A program made the position numbers and the translations under genes. Under the pieces are notes generated by a model. The model had not been told where the DNA came from, did no database searches, and saw only the letters and a program-made list of their open reading frames with translations. From Eukaryota sp. TZLM1-RC (lineage: Eukaryota > Protista > Metamonada: BaSk clade), in NCBI GenBank assembly GCA_040285825.1, contig JAUPSS010000003.1, positions 1,364,001 through 1,428,000 on the forward strand: a stretch of DNA of 64,000 bases, written 5' to 3'. Shown here one piece after another: positions 22,356-32,649 of this stretch (the stretch's first letter is position 1; the number at the start of each line of letters is the position of its first letter).

Positions 22356-23285
22356 ATGCAATTTTTGCTGCTGCTGAGTGTAGTTGTTTTGTGCACAAGT
22401 TCTTCGGAGTTACCTGATTCCAGCAGCTGTGCTTCTCCAACTGCTCTTCCGTCCACAACTCAAGATGTCATTTTGGCCTCTGTTCATAAAACAAGTGACC
22501 CCTTATGCTACTGCAAACCCTTAATCTCATCATGGAAGAGGCTAAACTCTCAATCACGGCTAGTATTGTTTATTCAGGATATTTACATGAATTCATCCAA
22601 CAAAAAATATATTGAGTTTCTTCAGTATTTGAATGATAATAACGTGGAAATTCAGGTCAATTCGTACAACAATTATGGTCTATTAATGGCTAGGTTTCAC
22701 TATTTTTTTAAATACATTTCTAGAAATTACCCTCAAATTAATAGGGTTTTGATGGTAGATGCACGTGATGTTTTGTTTTGGGAAGATCCTTTTCCATTCA
22801 TATCACATCATCAGTTCTTTTTGGTTTATGAAGGGTGTAATGGCGATCATACTTACAGAAATACAAAGGGTAGTAACAGAATTTGGTTGAAAAAGCTGTT
22901 TGGCTATCCTTTGGTTAAACAATACAAACACAAGAACAAAGGAATTGCTAATTGTGGAGTTATGGGCGGGGGTAAGAGAAATGTACACAAGGTACTAAAG
23001 TCTATGATCAGAACACATGAAACGTTTGGGAAAAGGGGAGATTCTTACGGAAATGACATGGCGATTATCAACTATTTATTCCATTCTGGTACCTTTAAAA
23101 AGCTAAAGGTTGATGTGGAGGCCAAAACGATGACGAATTCGGGTTTTGGAGTAGTGATGTGTGATCATTGGTCGTTTAATGGGAGACCACTCATGTCTAA
23201 CAACTGTCCTTTAACACTATTACATCAGTGGCAAAATAATCAGAAAGGTGCGTCACAAATTGAAGAATACATTGACTATTGCTAG
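22356..23285 (+). CDS. secretory-pathway GT-A-fold glycosyltransferase-like protein
   Basis: Signal anchor MQFLLLLSVVVLC; RF..F, VLMVDARDVLFWEDPF (DxRD), NCGVMGG, GNDMAIINYL and LLHQW motifs. Confidence 0.7.
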   Translation: MQFLLLLSVVVLCTSSSELPDSSSCASPTALPSTTQDVILASVHKTSDPLCYCKPLISSWKRLNSQSRLVLFIQDIYMNSSNKKYIEFLQYLNDNNVEIQVNSYNNYGLLMARFHYFFKYISRNYPQINRVLMVDARDVLFWEDPFPFISHHQFFLVYEGCNGDHTYRNTKGSNRIWLKKLFGYPLVKQYKHKNKGIANCGVMGGGKRNVHKVLKSMIRTHETFGKRGDSYGNDMAIINYLFHSGTFKKLKVDVEAKTMTNSGFGVVMCDHWSFNGRPLMSNNCPLTLLHQWQNNQKGASQIEEYIDYC

Positions 23286-23549
23286 CTGTTTCAATTTTTT
23301 GAAAATGTCGTTTTTCGAAAAAAAAATTAAGCCACTCATAAAAGACAAATAAATGCCAATAGTACTATCTGTTATTTTGGAGATGCAAATTTTGCTCGCG
23401 TTGTGTCTAAGCAAGACTAACTAACTAATGACATTAAGTAGAGTGACATTCAGTCTAAATAAAAGACAAATGTTCAAAACAAAACTAATATCGGATATCT
23501 GCATTATTATGGTAAACTACCAAAAGGACATCTTCGACTACTCTCAAAC

Positions 23550-23792
23550 ATGGGTGGTTTCCTATCTCATCCGCAACCAGAAGTGCCTGACCGTGAAACA
23601 ACGTCACGGTCAAATTCTGAACGTGATATATTCGATTATTATTCAAAACTGGACCATCTTGAAGGTCAACACGTCTTCACCGCATGTGATACAATAGAAG
23701 GTTTCCAAGTACATCAACCACTATGTTCACTTGCGAATGTTACTTTGCCTAATGATACTCTTGCCATCATCAACAACTCAAATGAGGACTGA
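23550..23792 (+). CDS. possible small N-myristoylated protein (80 aa)
   Basis: MGGFLS start (G2, S6); its stop lies 7 bp from the convergent RRP8 stop, like other real convergent pairs here. Confidence 0.35.
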   Translation: MGGFLSHPQPEVPDRETTSRSNSERDIFDYYSKLDHLEGQHVFTACDTIEGFQVHQPLCSLANVTLPNDTLAIINNSNED

Positions 23793-23799
23793 AAAAAAA

Positions 23800-24663
23800 T
23801 TAACGCCTTTTATAAATACAAGGATTCAAAACTAATTTGGATTTTGCCTGTTCAAATTTGGACTCATCAAGTTCTCTTGATTTTCGAAACTCCAATAAAA
23901 TAAAATGACTATTACTACTGTCCTTATGTTTAGATGCAAAGCCTAAAAGCCTCAGAGCAGAGTTAAACTCAGCAACATCATCAAATCTTGACGAGACCTC
24001 TGCAATGTGAAAACTTCCATTTAACTTTAACAATCTTGAAGCTTCCTTGAAGAAACTAAGTAAGTTGGTACCCATTAGTGAGAGACAACAAACAACTACA
24101 TCGACAGAACCATCAGGTAAAGGAATATCGCACATATCAGCTTTGGTGACATGATCATTAATAGGGAAAATGTCAAAGGAATGAACCTTACACTTGAGAC
24201 TCTGAGCGATCTTTGCCTCACCACAACCCAAGTCTGCTACTACAGAGGTGGTTGGCAAACGAGATAGTTTGCGTATAATGACGTTAACAGGGTTGACTGG
24301 CCATGACTTAACTTGTTCAGCAAAGCCCCGATGGTAGATTTGACCTAGAGAAGGTTCTTCTGAGAACATCTTCAAAGAATCAGATGAAGGGGAGGTGTAA
24401 AGAAGTTCATTGATCTGGCGAAACCTTGCACCTTCCAGCTTTTTTTGCATTTTCTGTTGAAGGGGAGTAAGAGGATTGGCATTTGGAATTGCAGGGTTGG
24501 ATTTTGGTTCAGGAGGAGCCTGGGTTTTGTTGTTCTTACGTTGTCGTTTTTTCTTAGGTTTAGAAGAAGAAGATAGTGTAGAAGATGTTCTCTTCTGAGG
24601 AATCGCAATATCAAATGAAGGCTTTGTTGCAGAATCAAAATCTACATCGTCAAAGCCAGTCAT
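23800..24663 (-). CDS. RRP8: 25S rRNA m1A methyltransferase RRP8/nucleomethylin
   Basis: KLEGARFRQINELLYT, YHRGF..QV.SWPVNPV, VADLGCGEA, CLSLMGTN, IAEVSSRF, terminal PCIYKRR. Confidence 0.95.
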   Translation of the reverse strand: MTGFDDVDFDSATKPSFDIAIPQKRTSSTLSSSSKPKKKRQRKNNKTQAPPEPKSNPAIPNANPLTPLQQKMQKKLEGARFRQINELLYTSPSSDSLKMFSEEPSLGQIYHRGFAEQVKSWPVNPVNVIIRKLSRLPTTSVVADLGCGEAKIAQSLKCKVHSFDIFPINDHVTKADMCDIPLPDGSVDVVVCCLSLMGTNLLSFFKEASRLLKLNGSFHIAEVSSRFDDVAEFNSALRLLGFASKHKDSSNSHFILLEFRKSRELDESKFEQAKSKLVLNPCIYKRR

Positions 24664-24993
24664 GAACAAGAGAACTTGAATATATATATAAAGAAACGTA
24701 CTAGAGACGTGCTACAGAGTGACTAGAGACAAAACTCTGATCACTCTGTTCACATCCAAATGTTCTTCATACTAGATAATAAACACAATATATTGTTGAC
24801 TAATGTTTACGGTCTCTCTAACATGTTCAAACTGATGTTGAAATTTATTTTTTAGATTCATTTTATTTAGAATGAGTACATTTTTTTTGCCTTGAATATT
24901 AGTTAATGAATTCATTTTGTCATTTTGTCGTTTGTATTGTAGAGCATTTTGTAAAGGATTATAAATATATATGAGACGCATTAAATTGATAAG

Positions 24994-25615
24994 GTATCGT
25001 TCTTTATTACATGATGCTTTTTTGAAACAGTGTTTTTAATTTGGCACGAACTGCAAGAATCTCGTGTATCAAAGAGCCTCTGCTGAAAGAAACATGATCA
25101 TTGAATAATTTTGATTCTAATGGTAGAGGTGATATATACTGTGATTGGATTGAGAATTCTGAAGCTCTTGTTGACTTTGTCTCCTGTAATGTAGCAAATG
25201 CCACTTTGGTTCAAAGAAAACTCAATTCTGTAAGCGCTCTTGAATTTAAAGCTAAAAAGACATAGAAAATATGACAAAGATATCGAAGAAGCTAATGCTG
25301 ATAGAAATAGACCACTTGTTTATGTTTCTTTTCCATTTTCGATAAACGGAAGACTATCAGTAGAAGCAGGAACATTTTTGAATAATTTCCAAAAAATGGT
25401 TCAAGAAAAAACAATGAAAAGATTTGATATCTTTTTATGGCGCTCTCGAATTCTATTTGTCATTATTAATAGATTACCTTGGTTTTTCAATCGAATTAGA
25501 GAAGCTTTAGCTAGACAGCAAGCAGATCAAGATTTTGTAGAGGAAATTTTGGTTCAATGAATTTCGTCCCATTAGTTATGAATATATTTTGTTAAGTGTG
25601 CAAGTTCAATAAATT
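24994..25615 (+). mobile_element. CRE-like family B 3' fragment
   Basis: High nucleotide similarity to 7975-8600; KYDKDIEEANADRN...QQADQDFVEEILVQ*. Confidence 0.88.
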
Positions 25616-25704
25616 ACATGTAACTGGGGATCAAACTTGTTTCTTTGGTTTGTTTTTATTTTGATTAAAATACAGTTTTAATGTATCAATGATGGCAAAT
25701 TGAA

Positions 25705-26110
25705 TCAAAAACGTCCTACATTATCAAATCTCATAAATGTTTCATCTTCTTTTTCAATTGTTGATAGAAAATTAAATGAGAATTTTCTTACTTCTACTGC
25801 TGGTTTTTCATTTTTAGGAAATGAGAAAGCAATAAATACAACTTGTCTATTTCTATCGTCATTAGCTTCTGCGATGTCATTTTCATATTTTCTGAGCGTT
25901 TCCTTTGTGTTGAATTCAAGAGGTTTTACAGAATTAATTTTCCTTCTTCCAACAACCATAATGTCATTTGCCACACCACAGAAGACAAAGTCAACAATGA
26001 ATTCAGAATTTTGAATCCAATAGCAATAAACATCACGTTCACTACTAGAATCGAAATTTTTCAATTGTAGTGTTTCTCTTAGCAAAGGCTCCTTTATACA
26101 CAAGTTTATT
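25705..26110 (-). mobile_element. diverged CRE-like family B RLE fragment, tail-to-tail with the preceding copy
   Basis: CIKEPLLRETLQLKNF...DVYCYWIQNSEFIVDFVFCGVAND...KYENDIAEANDDRN. Confidence 0.8.
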
Positions 26111-27504
26111 ACATAGTAATTCAAATTCGGTTAAATTATTTCCTGAGATATACAATGAAAATCATTGAGAATTCTATTGAATTCAAAATTAAATGAAGTT
26201 ATTTACTGAGTCGATTGCACGCCTACGTTGTTACAAAGTAGTTTCAGTAGTGCTAACTGCTGAGTGTTAGGCAACATATGGCTTAATGGGGATCGAGTTT
26301 TATGAAAAATTACTAGAAGGGGAATGGTGGGTGCATAAAGCATACTAACTACAAGATAAGAAACTGATTGAAAGCTGACATTGATGCAATTGCATCAAGC
26401 CTTGGAACCCTCAATAGAGACGAGATCGAATGATCACTGGAGGAGACAAAACTATCACCGTTGTTGAAATAAGAAGCCAACTCAGCCGGCATGACACAGA
26501 AGAGTAAAATCTTCCATGGTCAATCCCAAAAGGAAAGACCACACGTCAAAGAACTGTGTCTTGCCATGGGTCGTCATCACTGGCCTTGGTGTTGTCTATT
26601 TTTGAAAAGACAAACGAACGAATCCCCTATAGAAATGATCCTGATAGAGTATAATCGTTGTTAGCCAAACATTTGCATTTTTACAAAGGAAGGTCGGGAA
26701 TTTTTAAAGACCCTTTCACCGTGGAAAATTTTTGAACGAATTCAAATGAAACATCAACTTATTGAACACACAATGTTTGTATTCACAATGATTGGTTCAT
26801 GTGGAACAAGAACTGCGGTTTTTTTGGTGTCTCGTACATCAGTTAATTTCCACAGCTTCTCAGAAATTAGACTCAGAAATAAATCTTAATTTACCGAAAA
26901 GTTTGGATTAGTCATCCAGTATTTGAGCAACAAAAATCTTTCATAAGTACAAATTATCATTTGTTTTTGGACAAAACCAAATCTAAATCTAGTACAAGTT
27001 TAGGCACTGATGAAGACATCATATAAGTAGTATTAAGTGCTTATTACAACAGCAACAAAATTTATTGGTTCTATCATACTCCGATTTTTCATATCGAAAT
27101 AACATTTTCTTCAACATTGATTCAAGGTTGTTTTCAAAAAAAATAAAGTGTCTATATTTGGGGAAATTTGTTGATCAAGGCTTTGAAATTGTTGATTTAG
27201 TTGTAAACAATCATAACATATGCGAGTTATAACTGTTGTTGGTGCATGTTTGTAATTTACGAGTCCCATACTCTTCCTCACTCAGATTTGTACAATTTCC
27301 TATCAATAATAGACTTTTTGTCTGTTGAGCAAAACTTAAAATCACTGTTTAACATGAAAATAGATCTGTTTCTAATGCTGCATTGATCTAAAGTAGGCTG
27401 AATGTCCATCACAATTGAAAACAAAATTTGAATCGACTGAATTTCAGCTGCATTTTATTATATATATGCTGCTTTGCGACTGCAACAACATACTCCTCAT
27501 TTGA

Positions 27505-29733
27505 ATGCCTAATCAACACCATGATGATGTTCGTGAAGCTAGCATTTCCTACCGTATGGGTCTTTCCCTCTTCAAATCAGGAGATTATGCAGGAGCAGTG
27601 ACTTGTTTTTCTCGCTCCATCTCTCTTGTTCCTAGCTGTCCAAAATATTTCTTTTCTCGTGGTCACTGTTGGCGTTTTCAAAATGACTTACTTCGTTCTC
27701 TTTTTGATTATACAATGGCAATCAAAATAGATGGCTCAAATGCTCTCTATTACGCCTATCGTGGAATCACCTTCCGTAAACTTAACCGTTTGATGGAAGC
27801 CATCCAAGATCAAACATTGGCCCTCAACATTGATCCAACTTTAGATATGAGTTTTCATAACAGAGGCCTATGTCTTGCATTACTCAAACGCCATGAGGAA
27901 GCCATCCAAGACTTTAACCAAGCCCTCTCCATTAATCCAAAATCATTCAAGGTTCATTTCAATCTCGGTTGCTCCCTTTTTGTGCTTGGACGCTACAATG
28001 AAGCTGCCAGCCATCTCAAAAAGGCTTCTCAAATAGAGGGAAGCTCTTCTGCTGTATATAACAACCTTGGACTTTGTTGTCTTCATTTAGGGCAGTTTTC
28101 AGACGCCGTTTCTGCCTTCTCCAACGCCATTAAGAAGTCTAAAGCTCAAGACTCTATACCCTTCCTCAACAATAGGTCTCTTGCCTACTACGCTTTAGGA
28201 GAGTTTACTGCTGGCTTGGAAGACCTCACTAGTGCTATAGGCCTTAATAAAGAAGATCCTCAATTATTCTTTAATAGAGGTAACACTCACAGATCAGCAG
28301 GCCATGTCGAGCTTGCAATGGCTGATTTGAACACTGCTCAGAAGCTCAACCCCAACGACGGATTGGTCTATTACGCCCAGGGGTTAGTCCACAGGATGCA
28401 GGGAAAGGAAGATTTGGCGACCCAAAAGTTTCTGAAAGCTTTAGAATTTGAACCCAACTATGTGCCAATTCATCATCAGCTAGGTCTGGTTTACTTTGCT
28501 CAAGGACGTTACGTTGCTGCTTCAGAGGTACTGGAGAAGGCTGTCTCTCTTGCTCCTGATGTCAAGGAATACAGATTGTGTAGAGCCAAAGCTGCATATG
28601 AACTTTGTGAGTGGTCAATTGTTTTGAAACACATGAATGCAGCGATTGAGATTTCAGAAGTTACTTCAAATGATCTTTTGTTGAGAGGAACGGCATATTA
28701 CCGCAGGAATTTATTAAAAGAGTCATTGGACGATTTAACCAAAGCTGCAGAATTGATCAAGGAAAAGAAGTCTCCTGAAGTCCCAGTTGAACAACAAGCA
28801 CTTGCATGTGATCCCTCTTCAGCTTGTTGCGTTTCTCCTTATGTTTCCACAGAGACATTGCCCTCAGCAAGCCGACAAACGCTTGGAAATGTTGCATTTG
28901 TTTCGGGAGAACATGACAGAACGGCTACTGAATCAAATGCAAGATTAACTGACATGATTCACACAGCATTAGCGAGAACAGAAAGAGCTTTGGGAAAGTA
29001 TTCAGAAGCCATTCATCACCTCTCTTTTGCTCTGAACAACGGCCAAGTTGACAGTGATGTTTTGTTTGCTCGAGCTCAGTGCTATTTTGATTTGGGGCGG
29101 TTCATTGAAAGTATTGAAGACATCACCTCTGCTATTGAATTGACTGAAAGTCCTGTTCTTTATTATTGGAGGGGAAGGTACAAAAAGGCTTTGCACGATT
29201 ATGAAGGGTCAGCCCATGACCTAGAAACTACGGTTAAACTGTTGCAAAATCCTCATCTTGTTAACGAAAAATCGTTGGGTGTTGGTCTCTTGTCTGAGGG
29301 CAAATCTCTATCAAGAGGTGAGGTCCACTACCAACTTTGCTTAGTGTATTCTCATTTGGGAAAATTCAAATCAGCTGAGGAATCTTGTCGGCTTGCAATA
29401 GAGAATAGATCAATGCCAGATCTTCCGCCAAAGCTGTCTCTTGTCCATGAGCACGCAAAGACTAGTCAATGTGCAGGAAAACATCATCAAGCTATCCAAT
29501 TGTTTTCTAAAGTGATTCGACACCAACCTAATAATTCTAGGGCTTATTTTAGAAGGGCATTCTCTTACAAAAGTGTAGAAAAGTTCAAGGAAGCAGCAAG
29601 GGATTTTGAAACTGCACGGCGACTTGAACCAACCAATCCTATTTATGTAGTGGACTATAGAAATGTTTTCAGCATAGATTTTTTTGAATTAGGTCCTCCT
29701 GGTATGGAGAGTGATGAAATTGAAGTAGGTTAA
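27505..29733 (+). CDS. multi-TPR repeat protein (TTC6-like)
   Basis: Many TPR units (NRGLCLALLKRHEEAIQDFNQALSINP and similar) across 742 aa. Confidence 0.85.
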   Translation: MPNQHHDDVREASISYRMGLSLFKSGDYAGAVTCFSRSISLVPSCPKYFFSRGHCWRFQNDLLRSLFDYTMAIKIDGSNALYYAYRGITFRKLNRLMEAIQDQTLALNIDPTLDMSFHNRGLCLALLKRHEEAIQDFNQALSINPKSFKVHFNLGCSLFVLGRYNEAASHLKKASQIEGSSSAVYNNLGLCCLHLGQFSDAVSAFSNAIKKSKAQDSIPFLNNRSLAYYALGEFTAGLEDLTSAIGLNKEDPQLFFNRGNTHRSAGHVELAMADLNTAQKLNPNDGLVYYAQGLVHRMQGKEDLATQKFLKALEFEPNYVPIHHQLGLVYFAQGRYVAASEVLEKAVSLAPDVKEYRLCRAKAAYELCEWSIVLKHMNAAIEISEVTSNDLLLRGTAYYRRNLLKESLDDLTKAAELIKEKKSPEVPVEQQALACDPSSACCVSPYVSTETLPSASRQTLGNVAFVSGEHDRTATESNARLTDMIHTALARTERALGKYSEAIHHLSFALNNGQVDSDVLFARAQCYFDLGRFIESIEDITSAIELTESPVLYYWRGRYKKALHDYEGSAHDLETTVKLLQNPHLVNEKSLGVGLLSEGKSLSRGEVHYQLCLVYSHLGKFKSAEESCRLAIENRSMPDLPPKLSLVHEHAKTSQCAGKHHQAIQLFSKVIRHQPNNSRAYFRRAFSYKSVEKFKEAARDFETARRLEPTNPIYVVDYRNVFSIDFFELGPPGMESDEIEVG

Positions 29734-29818
29734 GATTAATTAATTGCATCTGTATAGTATTGAATTAAAACAAATGAATGAACAAAATATTTACAAATCA
29801 GAAATGTAAAAAAATAAA

Positions 29819-31888
29819 CTAGGCATTGGCTAATTCTTGTTTCATGATCTTTATTCTTTCGAATACAATTCCAGCTTCGGGTTTCCTCTTGGCGGATAGC
29901 AATCGTTTGGCACGAGCAATTTCGAATCCAATGGCTTTTTTGACCAATTCAGCATAGCTTTCCTCTGTGATTTGACCTTCTTCTGCTTGTTTGTTAAGAA
30001 CTGCTGCTTTTAATTGCAGTCTACTAAGGCGAAGTTGAAGGTCTTCATCACCTGGATTCTTTCCTAATTGAGCAGTAGTTTGTTCAATTTCCCAATTCAA
30101 AACATCAAAACTTGCAATCAGATTGGTGTCATAGATATCTTCATTGTTTTCTTCGACTTCTTGTTCAACTTCTTCTTTTTTCACTTCCTTCTTTGCAGTT
30201 GGAGCAACTTGAGCAACTTTTATTGATTCCGTTGCCGAGGGAGAAATGGAACTTGAAGGAACGCAGTCTTGAATAGTTACTGATTTTGTTGTTATTTCCA
30301 CGAAAGCAGACCGAGTTTCAACTTCAATAAGCATCTTTGGAACTTCAACACTCTTTCTACTATGGTAGTTCCTAGGTGCATTTGGAGGTACTAGTGGAGA
30401 GGCAATTGAATGGCAACGTTGTGATGCTAATGGTTTTAAAGATAGTGTTGATGTAAATAACAACTGTTCCTTTTTGGTAAATAGATTTTTTTTCAATGAA
30501 TGAATTGAAAACAGAATTTTTGGACCATTTCTTGAATTTTTTAGTTGTTTTTTGAATTTTTCAAGTTCTTTTGGGTTGGTGTTCGTTGTTAAAACCAAAG
30601 TTACTGAAGACCTTGAAATTTTGGAAAAGACATCAGTATGGCTCACTGAGCAAGAACTATTAGCAAAAACACAATCAGCAAATTCAGCTGAAATTTTCAC
30701 CGTATCATCCTTTCGTAAAGAAACCCCATCAAATTTGGAAACAGTGATTTTGATCTTATCGATGCCAATTGAAGAATCAACATCAGGTAAATTGACTTCT
30801 TGGGTAATAAACTTTAAATTCGGAAGTTTTTCATTAATCTCAATGGTTCGTTGGACCAGCTCTTTGGTTCTTTCCAACCTATTTACTCTGTCCGTGAATT
30901 GAGAAACCAAATCAGAGACTCCAACGGTTTGGGAGAATTTTAAAAGTTCCTTATTACGATTTAATACAGTTTCCAGTTTCTTCGAGAATTCTGATGAGGA
31001 AGAAGTGCTTGATTGATCATTTAATTGATTATCTAATTGATTATCTAATTGAGTTTGATTGAGGGCATCCTTCTCTAGATTATCTAAACCTTCTTGATCA
31101 CCAATTTCAGTTAGGAAAGCAATTTTTTGGTCCTTCTGGTATTGATCAAAAGCACGTCTAGCAGCAGCAAAGTTTTGTCTCTTTCCATAATCCCTAGCTT
31201 GGTCAAGTAAAGTCTGGGGTTTTTGAGCTACCTGTGGAGAAACTGCTGGACTTTTGACTCTTTCTTCTTTGTTCTTCTCAATATTGTCTTTTGGCCTCTC
31301 TTTCTGAATCTGGGAGTCATCCCCCTGGTCATTGACGGGAGAAGTAGTGTCGTGGTCCTTGGGTTTCAAGGAAACTCCCATTGATTTTAATTGACTAATA
31401 ACCTCCTTTGCAGAAGCAAGATTTTCTTCTTTTAACAAATGAACTACAGTTTGAAGCAATTTGACTGTCTGCATTGATTGAAGAGCAGCCTGTTTATCAT
31501 GAGCTTGCTTGTGGGCGACGGCCTGGCGCTGATTGTCATGAACAAGTGATTCAAATAGAGCAATTTCATTTTGAAAAAGTGTCGAAGGTTTAGTGTTTGG
31601 TTTTTGTTCAGCAACTTCATTCTCTTGAGTAGAAGTGTTGCAATCTTGTTGAGGAGATGAAGGCTGCGGGGGGCGATGCTGTTGTTGCTGAACAGTAGGC
31701 TTTGATTGTGACGATGACGGAACATCGTCATTTGAAGGTTTTTGAGGTTCTGACGTAGTGTCAGCTTCAGGTTCTTCCCATCCCATTTCTTTCAACTCAT
31801 CTAGAAGCTCTGAATCTGAAATATCATCTTCATTAATCTCTTCAAATTCAAGTCCTTCAATGTCGTTGAAGTCTGTGTTGAACTCCAT
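29819..31888 (-). CDS. CC2D1/Lethal(2) giant discs-like protein (DM14-like helices, C2 domain)
   Basis: N-terminal DSELLDELKEMGW; DM14-like QRQAVAHKQAHDKQAALQSM; beta-rich C2-like region; C-terminal S.DVL.WEI...RIKIMKQEL helical tail. Confidence 0.6.
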   Translation of the reverse strand: MEFNTDFNDIEGLEFEEINEDDISDSELLDELKEMGWEEPEADTTSEPQKPSNDDVPSSSQSKPTVQQQQHRPPQPSSPQQDCNTSTQENEVAEQKPNTKPSTLFQNEIALFESLVHDNQRQAVAHKQAHDKQAALQSMQTVKLLQTVVHLLKEENLASAKEVISQLKSMGVSLKPKDHDTTSPVNDQGDDSQIQKERPKDNIEKNKEERVKSPAVSPQVAQKPQTLLDQARDYGKRQNFAAARRAFDQYQKDQKIAFLTEIGDQEGLDNLEKDALNQTQLDNQLDNQLNDQSSTSSSSEFSKKLETVLNRNKELLKFSQTVGVSDLVSQFTDRVNRLERTKELVQRTIEINEKLPNLKFITQEVNLPDVDSSIGIDKIKITVSKFDGVSLRKDDTVKISAEFADCVFANSSCSVSHTDVFSKISRSSVTLVLTTNTNPKELEKFKKQLKNSRNGPKILFSIHSLKKNLFTKKEQLLFTSTLSLKPLASQRCHSIASPLVPPNAPRNYHSRKSVEVPKMLIEVETRSAFVEITTKSVTIQDCVPSSSISPSATESIKVAQVAPTAKKEVKKEEVEQEVEENNEDIYDTNLIASFDVLNWEIEQTTAQLGKNPGDEDLQLRLSRLQLKAAVLNKQAEEGQITEESYAELVKKAIGFEIARAKRLLSAKRKPEAGIVFERIKIMKQELANA

Positions 31889-31989
31889 TTTCGAAGATGA
31901 TGGAATAAGAATTTAATTCCTGAAGGATTTTCACTTTGGCTCACTTGGTTCTTGGTCGTCAAAATATGTATGTTTCTATACTTTTACAC

Positions 31990-32400
31990 CATCTTTTCTC
32001 TGAATTCTTCTTGTTTCTTATACCTCTGATTGTGCTGGATTTACCTTTTCGGTTTGTCTTTAGCGTCCCAATGAACAAAGCCAATTACAATATTGTCAGC
32101 CTTAGCTTTTAACTTGGCCTTCAATCGGTTAACCTAGGCAGCCTCACTCTTTTGTTTATTTATATATTTGTTCAGAGTGTGGCGCCTAAAGAGGCTGTCT
32201 TGATAAATCGGGCACAGCAATTCGTGTAGTAGTTTCTCTTTAATGTACTCCTTGAATTGTTGCAGATTCAAAAGATGTTTTTTGGAATGTTCTGATAATT
32301 TATCAGATGTTTCTTGTACTGACACCTCAAATTGCGTAGATGGTAAATTAAATTCTCTGAATGTGAAATCGGGAAGAGATTTAATGATTTCCTCTTCACC
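31990..32400 (-). pseudogene. Fanzor1-like fragment (helical insert between RuvC-I and RuvC-II)
   Basis: LNLQQFKEYIKEK...YQDSLFRRHTLNKYINKQKSEAA*VNRLKAK...NIVIGFVHWD parallels the Fanzor1 F..Y...K / FRK.....Y...QK.E / I.GDW pattern also seen at 47480-47700. Confidence 0.65.
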
Positions 32401-32649
32401 GTTGATTCCTTTCGTAACTGCAGTTCGAAAGAGTTTTCACTGCTCTCAACCCTAATAATGATCGAGTCTAAGTAGTTTTTTTCGTTTCTCTGAACTTCTC
32501 TGTTTGAAGTTCAAAGTTTTGCCTACCAGCAGTGTAAGATTCAGTAATTAGTTTGTCTCTTTTTTCTTTAAATTTGTTTCTTTTTTCATTAAATGATTTT
32601 TTTGTTTTTTTTCTGTTTTTTCCTTATTTTTTCCACAGGCATATTAAGT

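Noticed and set aside
26130-27450. Long spacer with degraded coding-like sequence
   Set aside because: Could not assign a family by eye; probably an old TE relic.
31010-31056. 12-bp tandem repeat
   Set aside because: Coding low-complexity repeat (QLDN)n in the CC2D1-like gene.
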